Shown here: positions 25,567 to 38,099 of the stretch, in pieces | How positions within the stretch are numbered: the first letter of the stretch is position 1 | Layout of the letters: every line of letters starts with the position of its first letter | Assembly: GCA_013239625.1 (NCBI GenBank) | Contig: MU054323.1 | Coordinates: forward strand, 2,356,001 to 2,420,000 | DNA length: 64,000 bases | Source: Lama guanicoe | Lineage: Eukaryota | Direction: 5' to 3' | Made by a program: the position numbers and the translations under genes | The notes under the pieces: generated by a model | Database searches by the model: none | The model's input: the letters and a program-made list of their open reading frames with translations, nothing else | What the model was told of the DNA's origin: nothing

Positions 25567-28500
25567 CTGCCCTATCCATGATAGTAACATTTTTTTTCTT
25601 TTGTGTAGTATCTTTCTCCAAAGATAGATCTCTGTATCTAACAAAAACTCCACCTGGGGCTATTTCTTTACTATCTTTCCTTATGCAAGCATGTAATAAC
25701 TTCCCACAATGTACCCAACATAGACATCATGACATTTCAAAACTATGTTCCAATTATAATGATGCATCCAAAGCTGGATTATGGAGCAATTAGGCACCAT
25801 CCTTGCCTTTCAGCAGTTCACAGTTGGATTATATGATGTAATAAAACTATGTGAAATTCCCTATAAATGAGCCAGAAGTAGGGTGGAGGGAAAAGGTGAA
25901 GTGGCAAAGAATGGGGTCTCTGGAGGAAGTAGTCTTTGGGATGGACTCCAAATTCTGTTTAGTACATTATGTATAAAGATAAGGATTAGGAAGGAGCATG
26001 GAGTATTCAGGAAACTGGTAAATACCTGGATGCACAGAGCATTTACCCTTTTGGCCTCTTTTTTGAACTTCAGTGGCCATTCTCCAATTCTGTGTGGAGA
26101 CCCATGAATTGTGACTAAATCAGGGTTTGGGGATGGAAGAGAACAGTGAATGACAAATCTCTAATAGTTAGATTCTGAGTTACTTTTTCAATCACCAGTT
26201 CTTGAACCAGCACAGAGAACACAGATTAGTTTATTTCCTAGACAAGAAGGTTTTGCTAACCTTATATGTTTATTAGACATCATCTAAGTGGGTATATTTG
26301 GAGAATACACAAATTCACATTAAAAAGAATTTTATTGATGTTTGAAAGGTGGTTCAGACAGCTCTGAAAGAGTTCTCAAAAGAAACCAGACCAAGTCTTC
26401 TCCTAGAAATATTCAGAAACCTAAGAAAAAAGCTAATAAGACAGTTCTTTCCTGAAAAATGTAGAAAGGGGCCATGCATTCTTTGGTGATGTGCTCCAGA
26501 AAAATGTTAACAAAAAGATGGTTTTTACTATTAAACCATCAACTGACTTTGGCCTGCAAAACACCAGCTGGCTTACATTACTTGTAATGTGCTTTGGTGT
26601 GTCTCTGATGATAAATACGAAGGGTCCTTTAAGATATACAGAAATATTAAGCAACTAAATATGCTTTTTCCCCTCCCTTTGAAAATTTAAGGAGTCGAAA
26701 GAAACACAGAGACCTTTAAACACAGGGAAAATTACATATGGCTGAATCAGTTCTGTGCCCACTACAATGAGCCGATGAGGCCATCTCCTTTTTAGGAGAG
26801 AGAATCATTGAGTTTGAGCTCCAAAACTCAGGACATTAACCCTGCATTAAAAAGAAAACAAAACAAACAAATAAATAAACAAAATAGAAAACAGAAAACA
26901 AACAGGAAAAAACCCACCTTTTACAATACAGCCTCAGTCATATCCCAAATAGTATCTCATAGTTTTATTTTATTTTATTTTTTCCATCAGAGCTCAATAT
27001 GTAGGCAAGACAGGTCCACCTATCTTGGTACATGCCAAGCATATTCATGTCACCAAGTCTCTGCTCACTCTTTCTAAGAGCAAAGCCTTCCTTGACCACC
27101 TTAACAGTGATCTTTACTCCCACTAACCTCCTAATTGAAAGCCCTTTTTTTTTTACCCCCTACCTGTCCTCTAAGACCTAGTGCGCTGCTTCTGAGGTTG
27201 GTGGCTTCTAGGTGTAATCCAATCTCATAACCAATGATGTACGTACCCTGTAAGTACCTTATTTGTTCAACTCTACATCCTTTTAACATGGAAGAAAGAA
27301 CCTAGTACACACTGGGTACTCAAAAATGTTTTGTTTGGTTGGGTGACTGATGGACTGAACTTGGAAATTATGGTATTTTTCTACTCAAGCAAACACCATA
27401 CAACAAGTAGTTTTCCAATGTGCTTTCCAAATTCAACTCCCCTTATAATTTTATTTTTGGTATAGAAACTTTAAAGAATTAGTCTATCCATTCATTCATT
27501 TATTCATTCACTTATTCATTGAACAAGAATTTTATCCCAGGCTCTGTCCTAGGTTTTTTCAATAAACTTATAGGCACATGTGAGTGACAGATATAATGAA
27601 ATAATCACACAGTCAATGTAAAAACCAATGTAAAGGGAAATATATTGATCCCTGTTACCCTTATGGTATTTCTTCAGATTTCTGGGCTTAGAGCCTGCTC
27701 TTCTTTTAGTAGAGCAGCCTGAAGTTGACTCGGGGAAAGAGTAAGGCAGAACACTGTGTATAAGCACAGAAAAGTCATCCTAAGCTCTGTGGTCTGTGAT
27801 ATAGATAGTGACCAGGAAAAAAGAAGGGCTTTCCCTTCAGAAACAGAAACCACATAGACTAGGGGAGTGGGGGCATTGATCTGAGTGATCAAAGCACTCC
27901 TCAAAACGGGGACAGGTTCTCAAAAGCATAGTATAAGCAGTCTACTTCCGAAGTAGAGAAAAATGTCTGGCAAAGTCAAAAAGATGAAAGTTTCTGTCTT
28001 GCACTTTGCCCTCTTAAGCTTCCATTTTCCTGGAAATCTCAGGAGATAGAATGATTTGGTAGAACAGTTTCAGGACTCAGAGCTGCACAGTCCCTGGCTG
28101 CAAATCCCAGTTCTGCTCCTTCCTAGTGGTGGAGCTGGAGTGTGTTACTTATCACGGAGGCTCATTTTTCTTATCTATAAAAAAACAGATCATGACATTC
28201 AACTTGCAAAATGTTTGTTGTCTCACGGTCCATTCCAAGAAACCAGAATCCCAGGACCTATGTCTGGAATGAAACTCCAGGAGTCCCTTGAAAGAGAGAG
28301 GGACTGATCCTTTTTTGCAGGATGCAAAGTGAAGGGAGGGCAATGTGGGCATAACCAAGTCACATACCATATCCTAGGAGGGAAACAGAGCTTAAGAACT
28401 GAATCCAAAAGTCAGCAGTCAAAGGAAGGTAAAATAGAGCTAATGAGTTGTCATGAAGCACCTGGAAGGCTGGCAGATGCAACATGGAGAAAGTTCTGTA

Positions 28501-28859
28501 CTTGACTGGTCCTGGCAATCGTAAAAATCGATGGTTGAGAAGATAAAGTACCAAGGACAGTGCCTGGTGTGGAACAGACACTCAAAACTTGTCTCTTACC
28601 TACCAAATTGCTCGGGCATCAACTAAAGTTAAGGACACTGTAAACAACTTTAGAGTTTAACACCTTCAGCACTCATGATCTTAAGTGAGTTGTGGCCCCA
28701 TGTGATGGCCAAGGCACCACTGAGGTTTGATATTCCTTACTCTATAGTATGGAATATGAGGCTGAGAAATTTTTCTTGGTTTGCCCAAGCTTCCACACTA
28801 ATGAGATAAAGCTTGGAGTTGGGCAATATCTGGTACAAGTAAAACATTGTTAACATGAT

Positions 28860-29100
28860 TGATGGTTCTACATGACTGAACAACCAAATCATTGGAGTGG
28901 GGTTTAAACAAAATCAAGATTTCTGAGCCACTCCAAACTTGCTGAATTAAAATTCTCTAAGGTTGGGGAGCAGCAACATGTATTTAACCATAAGCTGTAT
29001 GCCAGAAATTGACACATTGTAACTGACTGTACATAAATAAATAAGTAAATAAATAAATAAAATATAAAAATCCACCTTCAGTAATTTTGAGACAGTTGCT
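28860..29100. mobile_element. MER5-like hAT remnant interrupted by a very short L1 3' tail (about 28988-29070, + strand, (TAAA)n tail)
   Basis: 'aagatttctgagccactccaaacttgctgaattaaaattctctaaggttgggg' is MER5-like; 'ctgtatgccagaaattgacacattgtaactgactgtac' plus A-rich tail is an L1 terminus. Confidence 0.65.
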
Positions 29101-31559
29101 TTGCAATGTGGGGCAGGTCATCTGGGTACCATTACTTTACTCGACACAGGCATCTACACAGTAAGACCATATTATCAGCCCTAATTACTCATCCAGTTAG
29201 AGCTAAGCTGGGCTATAAAAACTTTGGGTTTTCCTTTTAATAGGCTATAAAAGTGACCCTGTTTTTGCTCCTGTTTTCTCTGACAATTTTTTTTTTGCAG
29301 TTGCTACCCAAAATTTATTTAGCAATTTTAAAAAGCCTTCTTTTAAGAAGGATTAGAAAATATGATTAGTCTAGCAAATCACTCGATATAGATTCTGGAA
29401 ACCTAAGAAGTAAAAACAATTTTATATTTTAATCTCTCACTTAAAGCGTCACATAAATGGGAAAGTCCTTGAATTCTATAGCAAAAAAAAGGCAAATGGC
29501 AAAATGGTTTTATACAAGGTATTTTATTAAATGTATAAGAAACTGTGAGAATTGGGGTAGTATAAATTCTTCTGTCTTTACTGAGTATAATAACACTTCG
29601 TGAAACTTTTGCCTTAAAGTTAGGAGATTAACTCTGTGGCTCGGGATGAGGTATTCATCTGTGGGCTTCTTTTCCTCGTATGTTAAATATGAAACATTAT
29701 GGCTTGCTCATGGTATCCAAGGAAGAATTAAAAGAGATTATATGGGTGAAGGTATCTGCAACCAAATCGGGTACATAAAGATACTCAGCAAAATTTAACT
29801 GTGTCTGCTTTACTTTCAGAAAGATTGGCAGTGAAACGGTTCTTCAGTTAATTCAGTTAGTTCTTCCTTTTCTTATCTATAAATGGAGATCTGTTCAGGA
29901 AAAAAACAGGTTCTAGAATCTCTTACAAAGCTGAAGTTTTGTGTGTTTACTATTCTAGAAAGTTTTTCGTATGACTCTAGTTAACCAGAACTACTTCTAA
30001 GAAATTGTGTTGGTGACTGAGAAGTCAGTGAAAATCCTTGGATAATCAATAACATGCTAGAAGATTTATTATGTATAGAACATAGGATTTACTTGTGTTT
30101 AGTGAATTCCAGTGTTAGTAAAAAATACCTTAAACTTAAATATGGTGAATGCCATTCTTTCTTTGATGTAAAAGGAACTTCAAGATCTTGTATAGCCTTT
30201 CATTTATTCTTATACCATAAAAATTACTGTGTTTTTGGCATGTTGACACATCAAAGTATTGGAAATTTTCGGGAAAAAATTATGGAAACTAGAGTTCTCT
30301 ATTTATATCTATTCAATGTTAGATGGATTCTGCCTCATTATCATAAAATTTTAACTTTTTCCCCAGTCCCAATTACAGTGTCTGGTATACAGTTGGTGAT
30401 CAACAAATCAGAAGAATTAACAAGTCCATTTTCTATTGAGCTCCATTAATTGGTGTGATGTAATGGAAAAAAAGTATTAATTTGAAATTCTCCTGCTCCA
30501 ATTCTTTTCTTCCTTTTCATTTTCTTTCTTCTCCTTTTCCTCCTGTTTCTCTCCCACTTCTTTCTCCTCCTCTCCCAAGTTGCCAACTGGTCCAACACTG
30601 GTCTCTCTTCTGCCATGTTGTAGGAATGAGCAGCACTGGCTTCAGGGAGCAGCAGAATATCAAGAGGCTGAAGAGGACACAGAAGGCAGCCAGGCCCCGG
30701 AATCATCTTTTCATCACTGACAACGGAACATGACATATCCTGAGCCAGTCTCTGATTGAGGCATTCAGTAAGAGGAAATTCTGCATGAAGAGTTATCTGC
30801 AAAAAAATATTCCTACGGTGAATTAAATCATCAAGCAAACTTGGTTTATAAATATTCCCATCCCATCATTTCTGCAAGAATGTAAACCACACCTAAAAGC
30901 ACATTCCTTGTTTTGTAAGGAAATACAGGGCGATGCACACTTCGTCCCACGGTGCCAAGACTTAGCTTTAAATTTGATTTCAACCTTTTTGTTTTCCCTC
31001 TGTGCTGTAGTATGATTTCACAGTCCATCCTCCCATCTGTTGAAACAGAGAAGCGCTTGCATTTTAGGCTGAGATGACTAATATTCATGAGGAATGAATC
31101 CAAATTCAAACTAAATGCACATTTTTGCATTTGTCCAAAGCTAGCCATGAATTATCTCAGACTATCAATAGAAGAAGAGGAAAGTTACTATCTGTAAATC
31201 CCCACTTGTTTTCCCAAATTGCACCCTTGGCAATGGGTGTGACAGAAAAATGTTCAGTATTCCTCGTAGCCTAACCTGCCAAGAGAGATAAAGCCACTTT
31301 GATGTCCCGGGACAAGAGACTACACAGATTTTTACCCGAAATGGACCTCAAGCCCTTTTCAGAGAGGAACAGGCTAAAACGACCTGCCTGCTTCCTAGTC
31401 TGCGGAATCCAGAAGAGAGACCAGCGGCCCCGCTGACTCCAGGAGGTGGCAGATCTGAAGTTCATAAAGGTAATGCTCTTTCAAGTACTCTGGCCAATAA
31501 TGAGGGTCGTGATGATGATAATAGGGACCGTCGCAGTAAAAGTTGACGCAGTAGTTAAT

Positions 31560-31745
31560 ATCATCAGTGCTTACCTCTCCTGTGTGATCCCTGGTGCCCG
31601 CGCCGTGCCTAGCGATTTGCATGCATTAGGCCATTTGCCCCTGATGTTGTCCCTGTAAGGAAGCAAGTGAAGCTCAGGGTGGCTGAGTTCCAAAGGTCAC
31701 ACAGTGGGTAGCGGGGCCGAGCTTCATACCCACTTCTGTCTCCCC
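31560..31745 (-). mobile_element. MIR SINE, unusually GC-rich copy
   Basis: 'gtgaagctcagggtggctgagttccaaaggtcacacagtgggtagcggggccgagcttcatacccacttctgtct' follows the antisense MIR core. Confidence 0.65.
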
Positions 31746-32058
31746 TCCCCTGTGTGTGGCATAGGCTGTTGCCTTTCTGAGGGGAGGCCCACCCTTGACC
31801 TCCTTCTGGGACAGCTTCCTCACCATCTGAAGCCACACCCCCATCACACGGTACATGAATGAAAATCATCTCTTCTGGAGGCCGGGTAGAAGGAACACTC
31901 CAGAAGAGATCTGATTATGCCCCAAACGAAATTGCAGATTTCTTTGGCTTCAGCAAAGAGGTCTCAGGCTCCTGCCCTCGCTGGAGTTTCTGTCGCCGCC
32001 GAGCTGACTTGGGGGCACCCAATTCCCAGGAGCAAGGCAGCTCTTCTCCTCCCGCAGT

Positions 32059-33027
32059 CTCAGTCACTCTCTTCTGTGGGCAGGCGGGGGATTCACCCAG
32101 CCCTACTGGGTGAGCACCCACCTTGCACCAGCACCAGGCTCCACACCATTCGCGTCATATTGCCGTTAATCCTCACAAAATATTAAAAACATTTTGGATG
32201 TTTGTTTTTGTTTTGGCTTGTTTTGGGTAGTGAGGAAAATATAGATCGGCAGCATTATGTAACTGCCCGAGGTATAAAGTGCTATGAAACCGGTGGCCTC
32301 AATCAGAAGAGATTTTTGCCCCCTTTCTCCCAAGGGGATTTGGCAATGTTTGGAGATGCTTTTGGTTGTCCCATCTGGGCGGTGTTGGAGGGGGCAGGGT
32401 TTCTAATGGGATCTGGTGGGTAGAGGCCAAGGATGCTGTGAAAGATGCTGCAATGCACAGGGCAACCCCCCACCCCCTAAGAAAGAATGGCCTGGTCCCA
32501 AATGCCCTGGTGCTGAGGGTAAGAAGCCCTGGATTAGACTGACAGGTTTCTGACTGGATTCTGCTATGTGGCCACTCTGGCTGATGGCTCAGAAGCTTCT
32601 AGAGGAGTAACTTTGAATCAGAGCCCCTGGCTACTCTGCCGGGGAACGTGCACTCTCCTGTCACATGCAACAGCCTGGAAGCTGGGGTCCTCCCTGCCCA
32701 GCCATCTGGCTCTCCAGGACGTCCGTGGCCTAATGCCTTCATGCTGCTGAGACTAACAAGCCCCTGTAGACAGGCCAGACTCCCACGTTTTGTAGCAGTG
32801 GTAGGTCAGAAACCATCCATGGCCCAGGACCCTTGGAGTTCGGAATGCTCCTGAGACTCAGCGAGCCGTTTGCTGAGAGGAAGTTTGCTGTGAGGAATGG
32901 CCACAGAAGCTGGCTCCTTTACACTGGCTCTTGGCTCAAGGGAAAGTGGAAAGGGGGCTACCCAATTCTTTTCCAGAATATAGGCCAATTTCAGTGAGGC
33001 AGGGGAGGACTCAGGATTCAGGGCAGC
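32059..33027 (+). repeat. 969-bp dispersed direct duplication, copy 1
   Basis: Colinear with 36938-37906 at constant offset 4879; about 8 substitutions by eye; duplicated ORFs in the track. Confidence 0.98.
32290..32531. mobile_element. MER20 (hAT-Charlie) inside duplication copy 1
   Basis: 'atttggcaatgtttggagatgcttttggttgtc...tgggtagaggccaaggatgctg...caatgcacagggcaacccc...gctgagggtaagaagccctg'. Confidence 0.85.
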
Positions 33028-33204
33028 TGCTCTGTCTGGGAAGAAAGATGGAAAGTCTGACTGCATTTATGCACCATCAGGTCACCTGGCAATTTTAGAC
33101 AGAGTGGTAGTATTCACAGTTATCCTGCATAAGTAGATGTTTGTTGGGGCAGAACTGAAACTGATGGTGTAAAGACCTTAGTCTGAGGCCTTTGGTGGGA
33201 CTTA

Positions 33205-33830
33205 ATTCATTCACTTATTCACTGAAAAGATAGTATTGAGTACTCACTGAGTGAGGCTCGGACTGTGTAGATTCCAGTCTTGTGGGAGGGAAGTCACAGA
33301 GAATGTGATACTTAAATCAGACAGGCAGATAGGTCATCCTGGCAAAGGGAAATGGGAGCCAGAAGGGGAGGGGACTGGAAAGACATTCCAGAAGTGGGAA
33401 CAACGGCATGTGGGAAGACCCTCGGGCAAGAGAGAGCATGGGAATTTGAGAACTGAAGGAAGTCTGGTGTGGTTGGAGCACAGGGAGCAGAGGAAAGAGA
33501 TGTGGTGAGGAGAGAGCTGGAGAGCGCAGGCTGTGAGGAGTCCCGTCAAGCCTGAGAGTCTAGATTCACACTGACGTCAGTGCAGCATCAGCGGGAAAGA
33601 GCTCCAAGAGGCCAGTGAGGACATTCTTGCAAAGGTGCAGACGAGGGAGGATGGTGGTTTGAGTAGACTTGGGCTGGAGGATTTGCAAAGAAGTGGATGG
33701 ATCTGATGCATACCTGGGTGGAGGGAAGGCCAGCAGTTGGTGATGAATGAGCTGTGACAAGAGAGGGAGATGGAGTGAAAAGAGTCCATCCAGCTCCCCT
33801 TCCAGGCAACCGGGTGGATGCCATTTATCA
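33205..33830 (-). mobile_element. L2 fragment
   Basis: 'attcattcacttattcac...attgagtactcact' then purine-rich 'atgggaatttgagaactgaaggaagtctggtgtggttggagcacag'. Confidence 0.65.
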
Positions 33831-36554
33831 AGACTCTGCAATTCTCACTTTTCTCATTTGTAAAGTGGGAACAATATGTTTACCTTTCCTATCTCTCAAA
33901 CCTGTTTTGATGACCAAGTGATGTACATATAACTAAATACAAAAGGATTTTGGAGACTGTAAAATTTGATCAATATCTAGGCTACAAGGTGATTATTCAT
34001 AATTATTTTATTATGACATGTTCATCCCTATGGCTTTTGTTTTAAATCAAATCCCTGTGTGTGGTAAAACACCAACCCTAGCTTTGTGATAATATCACTT
34101 TAGTGCCTTACAGCTTCCTGATTTCATGGTTGCAGAAAGAATTTACAGAACATATAAAATGACAGGGGAAAAGGTGTGGCTACTTGTTCTCTAGCATGAA
34201 CTTGGCTTTTAAATCTTGAAATCGACTCTGATTGCCATGAGAAAACCTGAACCAGCCCAGCTTGGTCGCTGACATGATTGGGGAATTGGGAGTCGTCGAT
34301 GGAAATTGTTTCTCCTGGATCGCTTTACTGAGTTGCCAAAGAATGGCTGGGTCTCACCAGTCTCAGCCTGGTAATTATCCAAATGGCTCTGGGTCATCAA
34401 ACTGCAGAAAAGAGCCTACTGGCTTGCTGCTGCTCCAGGGCTCCAAAGCTATGATCTTTTTTTTTTTTTTAATCCCTCTACAGAGAATAATAGAATGGTG
34501 GTTGAATAAGCTCAGCCCATGTTACAAGGAAAATATTTGGGGACCAGTAGAGTTGAACTCAGCCCCAGTTTTATCATTCATCAGCTTTGTCACTTTATGG
34601 AGTTCACCTTGAGAAGTACCAGCTTCCTTGAGCATTGTTTGGGGACATAGGTAATTGATCCATTTCAGGCAGAAGAGATAATAAATATACTTTGTAAATT
34701 GCAAAATGTTAAGAAAATTAGATAGACGGATGAGTGGGCTGAGTTATATCAATATTGTTCCATTGAGGAGAAAGACTATATTAAACAGATACAGATATAG
34801 TTATAAATATAGCCTTTAAATACAGCAGTCTACACCTATCTATGCATCTGTCTATCTATCTAGATGTATATTCCTCACCTGGAAAAAAATTATATTAAAC
34901 TGGAAAATGAGTGACCCTCATTTATCCATCAGCATATAGAACTGTATTTCTCATCTGAGGATACAAATTATACTACCCGACTGTATCTTAGAATGCCCCA
35001 GAACTGAAGGTTACCTCGAAGATTCTCTACCCACACATAATTTTCAGGAGGGGTCACTGAGGGAGACTGCTTTCTGTGTAAATCCTGGCTTCTTCCTCAT
35101 GATACGTGCAGGCAGCAGTGGTTTGGGGCTGAAGCCCAGACCTCTGACTTATCATTCAGTCCTCTTTTCACTCAGCCACATGCCCTTTCAGGAGTCTTTC
35201 TATTTCCTGACAAACATGCCGGCCCTCCTTGGGCAGCCAGTGAGGGTCAGTGTCCTGGTCGGCTGATGGCAGCGGTGTCGGTAGGGCTGACGGGGGCAGC
35301 ACTTCGCGTTCCTTGCATGTGCTGATCAAGCCAGGCAATGTTACAGATTCAGTTCACATAACTGGAATTGTTTCTTTTCTTTGAAAAATATGATTTCAGT
35401 GTTTAAGGCAACCACTTTATACTATTCATAGTTACTCGGTTTTATTTTGTTTCATTTTTAAAATAAAGCAAAAACTAGCTCTATTACTTTTCAACAGAAC
35501 CAAGCTAGTGAGTATTAAAACAAGGACCATGGAATTACTCCGTTTAACAGACAAAAGCCTCTCCTGGGAAACTAGCTAATCTCTACACCCTGGATACCCT
35601 GATTCTGCTTTTCCTTTGGCAGATGAAGAGTGATGTCAGGGGACAGGGAAGAGCATAGTGGCATTCTCTGTTTGTCAAAACATCTTGAACAATTTTTCAA
35701 ACATTTTGAGTTTGTTAGAATCCAGACTGCATAGTGCCAAGCAGTTTTGCTTAATTTCTAAACCCCTGGGTATTTAAAGGGAAACTTAATCGGTATTTTT
35801 CTGAATCGTTTCGTTTAACTCATCAGTGTGCTGTTTCATAAGAGCCATTTGATGCCAAAGAAGTCCTTCTCTGCCAATTGAGAAGTTTTATTCTGGAAGA
35901 CTCCAAAGAACTGAGAGCAGAAAAAAAGAGCAGGGGCCCAGGGTTTCTAGAATCTCACAAACCAAGATCTAGAAAGGGCTACGGAGAGGTCTCGCTCAAG
36001 ATCGTTCAGGCAACCAGCAGGAGAGGCAGAATGCTAAGCCCAAAGCACAGAAGTCTGCCCGGCACTGGGCTCTTTGTGTTTCGAACAACTTAAAAGTCCG
36101 TGCTGCGTAAGCATGAACTTCTACTTAGCAGGCTAGTTTGTCTGTGTGAATGTAGCATTTTCATGATTATAATTCAAAGCAAGGACTATTTCCAAAATGT
36201 CCTGCAGTAATTGGCATGCCGGAGCACCTTTGCTGTGAGAAAGCTTTCCCTTCCTCCAGGTCAGGGCCAAGGCCCTCTGAGGTCAGCACGCCCCAGAGAT
36301 AAAAGTTGGCTGAGGTTCCTCCTCATTCACCGCTTACTTTTCTCCCTCCAACTCAGTGCAAGCAGTCAGGGTTAGTTTCTTTTTCTGTGAATTCAACAGT
36401 GCAACACAAACACACATACACACAGAAAGATTTAAGTGCCATCTGTACAAGGATGTTTAGAACTGGATTTGAGGAATAAGCTAGTACCCAACAATAGGGG
36501 ATGCAGGTGCTGGCAACATAAACACAGAGATTGCTGATGCAAAGGGCTGTCTAG

Positions 36555-36750
36555 TGCCTGTTCTGTCGCAGGCCTGGTGCCCAGTGGTTCACATCTATTC
36601 AGTCGTTTCATCTTCTTAATTATCCTGTGAGTTTGGCAGTACTCAGCTGACTTTATAGTGATGATGTTGGTATTTACTGAGGTTAAGTGACTCGTCCAAA
36701 GTCATCCAGTGAGTAAGTGGCAGAGCTGGATTTGAGCAGAGATCAGAGAG
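36555..36750 (-). mobile_element. MIR SINE
   Basis: 'gaggttaagtgactcgtccaaagtcatccagtgagtaagtggcagagctggatttga'. Confidence 0.75.
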
Positions 36751-36937
36751 CAGAGGGCCTTCAGAGGGCATGCTATTTCCATCTGTCATTCTGCTTGCTG
36801 CAAACAACGTTCAGTTTTGGGGCGTAAGTTAATAAAAGTGGTGCAGCCACATGAATGATGTTCAGATCAGATTAAAGGGAGCTTAATTAGATACAGTTTT
36901 CAGGTGAAAACTTAAGTCCCCATAGGCCTTCCCTAAC

Positions 36938-37906
36938 CTCAGTCTCTCTCTTCTGTGGGCAGGCGGGGGATTCACCCAGCCCTACTGGGTGAGCACCCAC
37001 CTTGCACCAGCACCAGGCTCCACACCATTCGCGTCATATTGCCGTTAATCCTCACAAAATATTAAAAACATTTTGGATGTTTGTTTTTATTTTGGCTTGT
37101 TTTGGGTAGTGAGGAAAATATAGATCGGCAGCATTATGTAATTGCCCGAGGTATAAAGTGCTATGAAACCGGTGGCCTCAGTCAGAAGAGATTTTTGCCC
37201 CCTTTCTCCCAAGGGGATTTGGCAATGTTTGGAGATGCTTTTGGTTGTCCCATCTGGGCGGTGTTGGAGGGGGCAGGGTTTCTACTGGGATCTGGTGGGT
37301 GGAGGCCAAGGATGCTGTGAAAGATGCTGCAATGCACAGGGCAACCCCCCGCCCCCTAAGAAAGAATGGCCTGGTCCCAAATGCCCTGGTGCTGAGGGTA
37401 AGAAGCCCTGGATTAGACTGACAGGTTTCTGACTGGATTCTGCTATGTGGCCACTCTGGCTGATGGCTCAGAAGCTTCTAGAGGAGTAACTTTGAATCAG
37501 AGCCCCTGGCTACTCTGCCGGGGAACGTGCACTCTCCTGTCACATGCAACAGCCTGGAAGCTGGGGTCCTCCCTGCCCAGCCATCTGGCTCTCCAGGACG
37601 TCCGTGGCCTAATGCCTTCATGCTGCTGAGACTAACAAGCCCCTGTAGACAGGCCAGACTCCCACGTTTTGTAGCAGTGGTAGGTCAGAAACCATCCATG
37701 GCCCAGGACCCTTGGAGTTCGGAATGCTCCTGAGACTCAGCGAGCCCTTTGCTGAGAGGAAGTTTGCTGTGAGGAATGGCCACAGAAGCTGGCTCCTTTA
37801 CACTGGCTCTTGGCTCAAGGGAAAGTGGAAAGGGGGCTACCCAATTCTTTTCCAGAATATAGGCCAATTTCAGTGAGGCAGGGGAGGACTCAGGATTCAG
37901 GGCAGC
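36938..37906 (+). repeat. 969-bp dispersed direct duplication, copy 2 (contains MER20 at about 37169-37410)
   Basis: Colinear with 32059-33027. Confidence 0.98.
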
Positions 37907-38071
37907 CTTGATCTACCCCAAACTGTCTCCCTAACTTTGAATCTGAAATAAAGAATCTAGGGGCTCCATTTCCTCCTTTCTGCAAGATCTTGTGCTCCTT
38001 AGGCAAAGTCCTCCCCAGACTACGTTGTAAGGAAGGAAGCAGCCTCTCTCTTTCTCTCTCCCGTTCGCAGG

Positions 38072-38099
38072 CACACACACACACACACACACACACACA
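38072..38099. repeat. (CA)14 microsatellite
   Basis: Read directly. Confidence 0.95.

Noticed and set aside
30446..30838. ORF with Arg/Lys-rich NLS-like stretch
   Set aside because: Translation of the complementary strand of a CT-rich low-complexity tract.
32202..37733. Identical ORF pairs suggesting duplicated genes
   Set aside because: Explained by the 969-bp duplication and MER20; no coding signal.
32059..37906. LTR retrotransposon (two LTRs plus internal region)
   Set aside because: No TG...CA ends, primer-binding site, TSD or gag/pol; the spacer contains ancient L2 and MIR copies.
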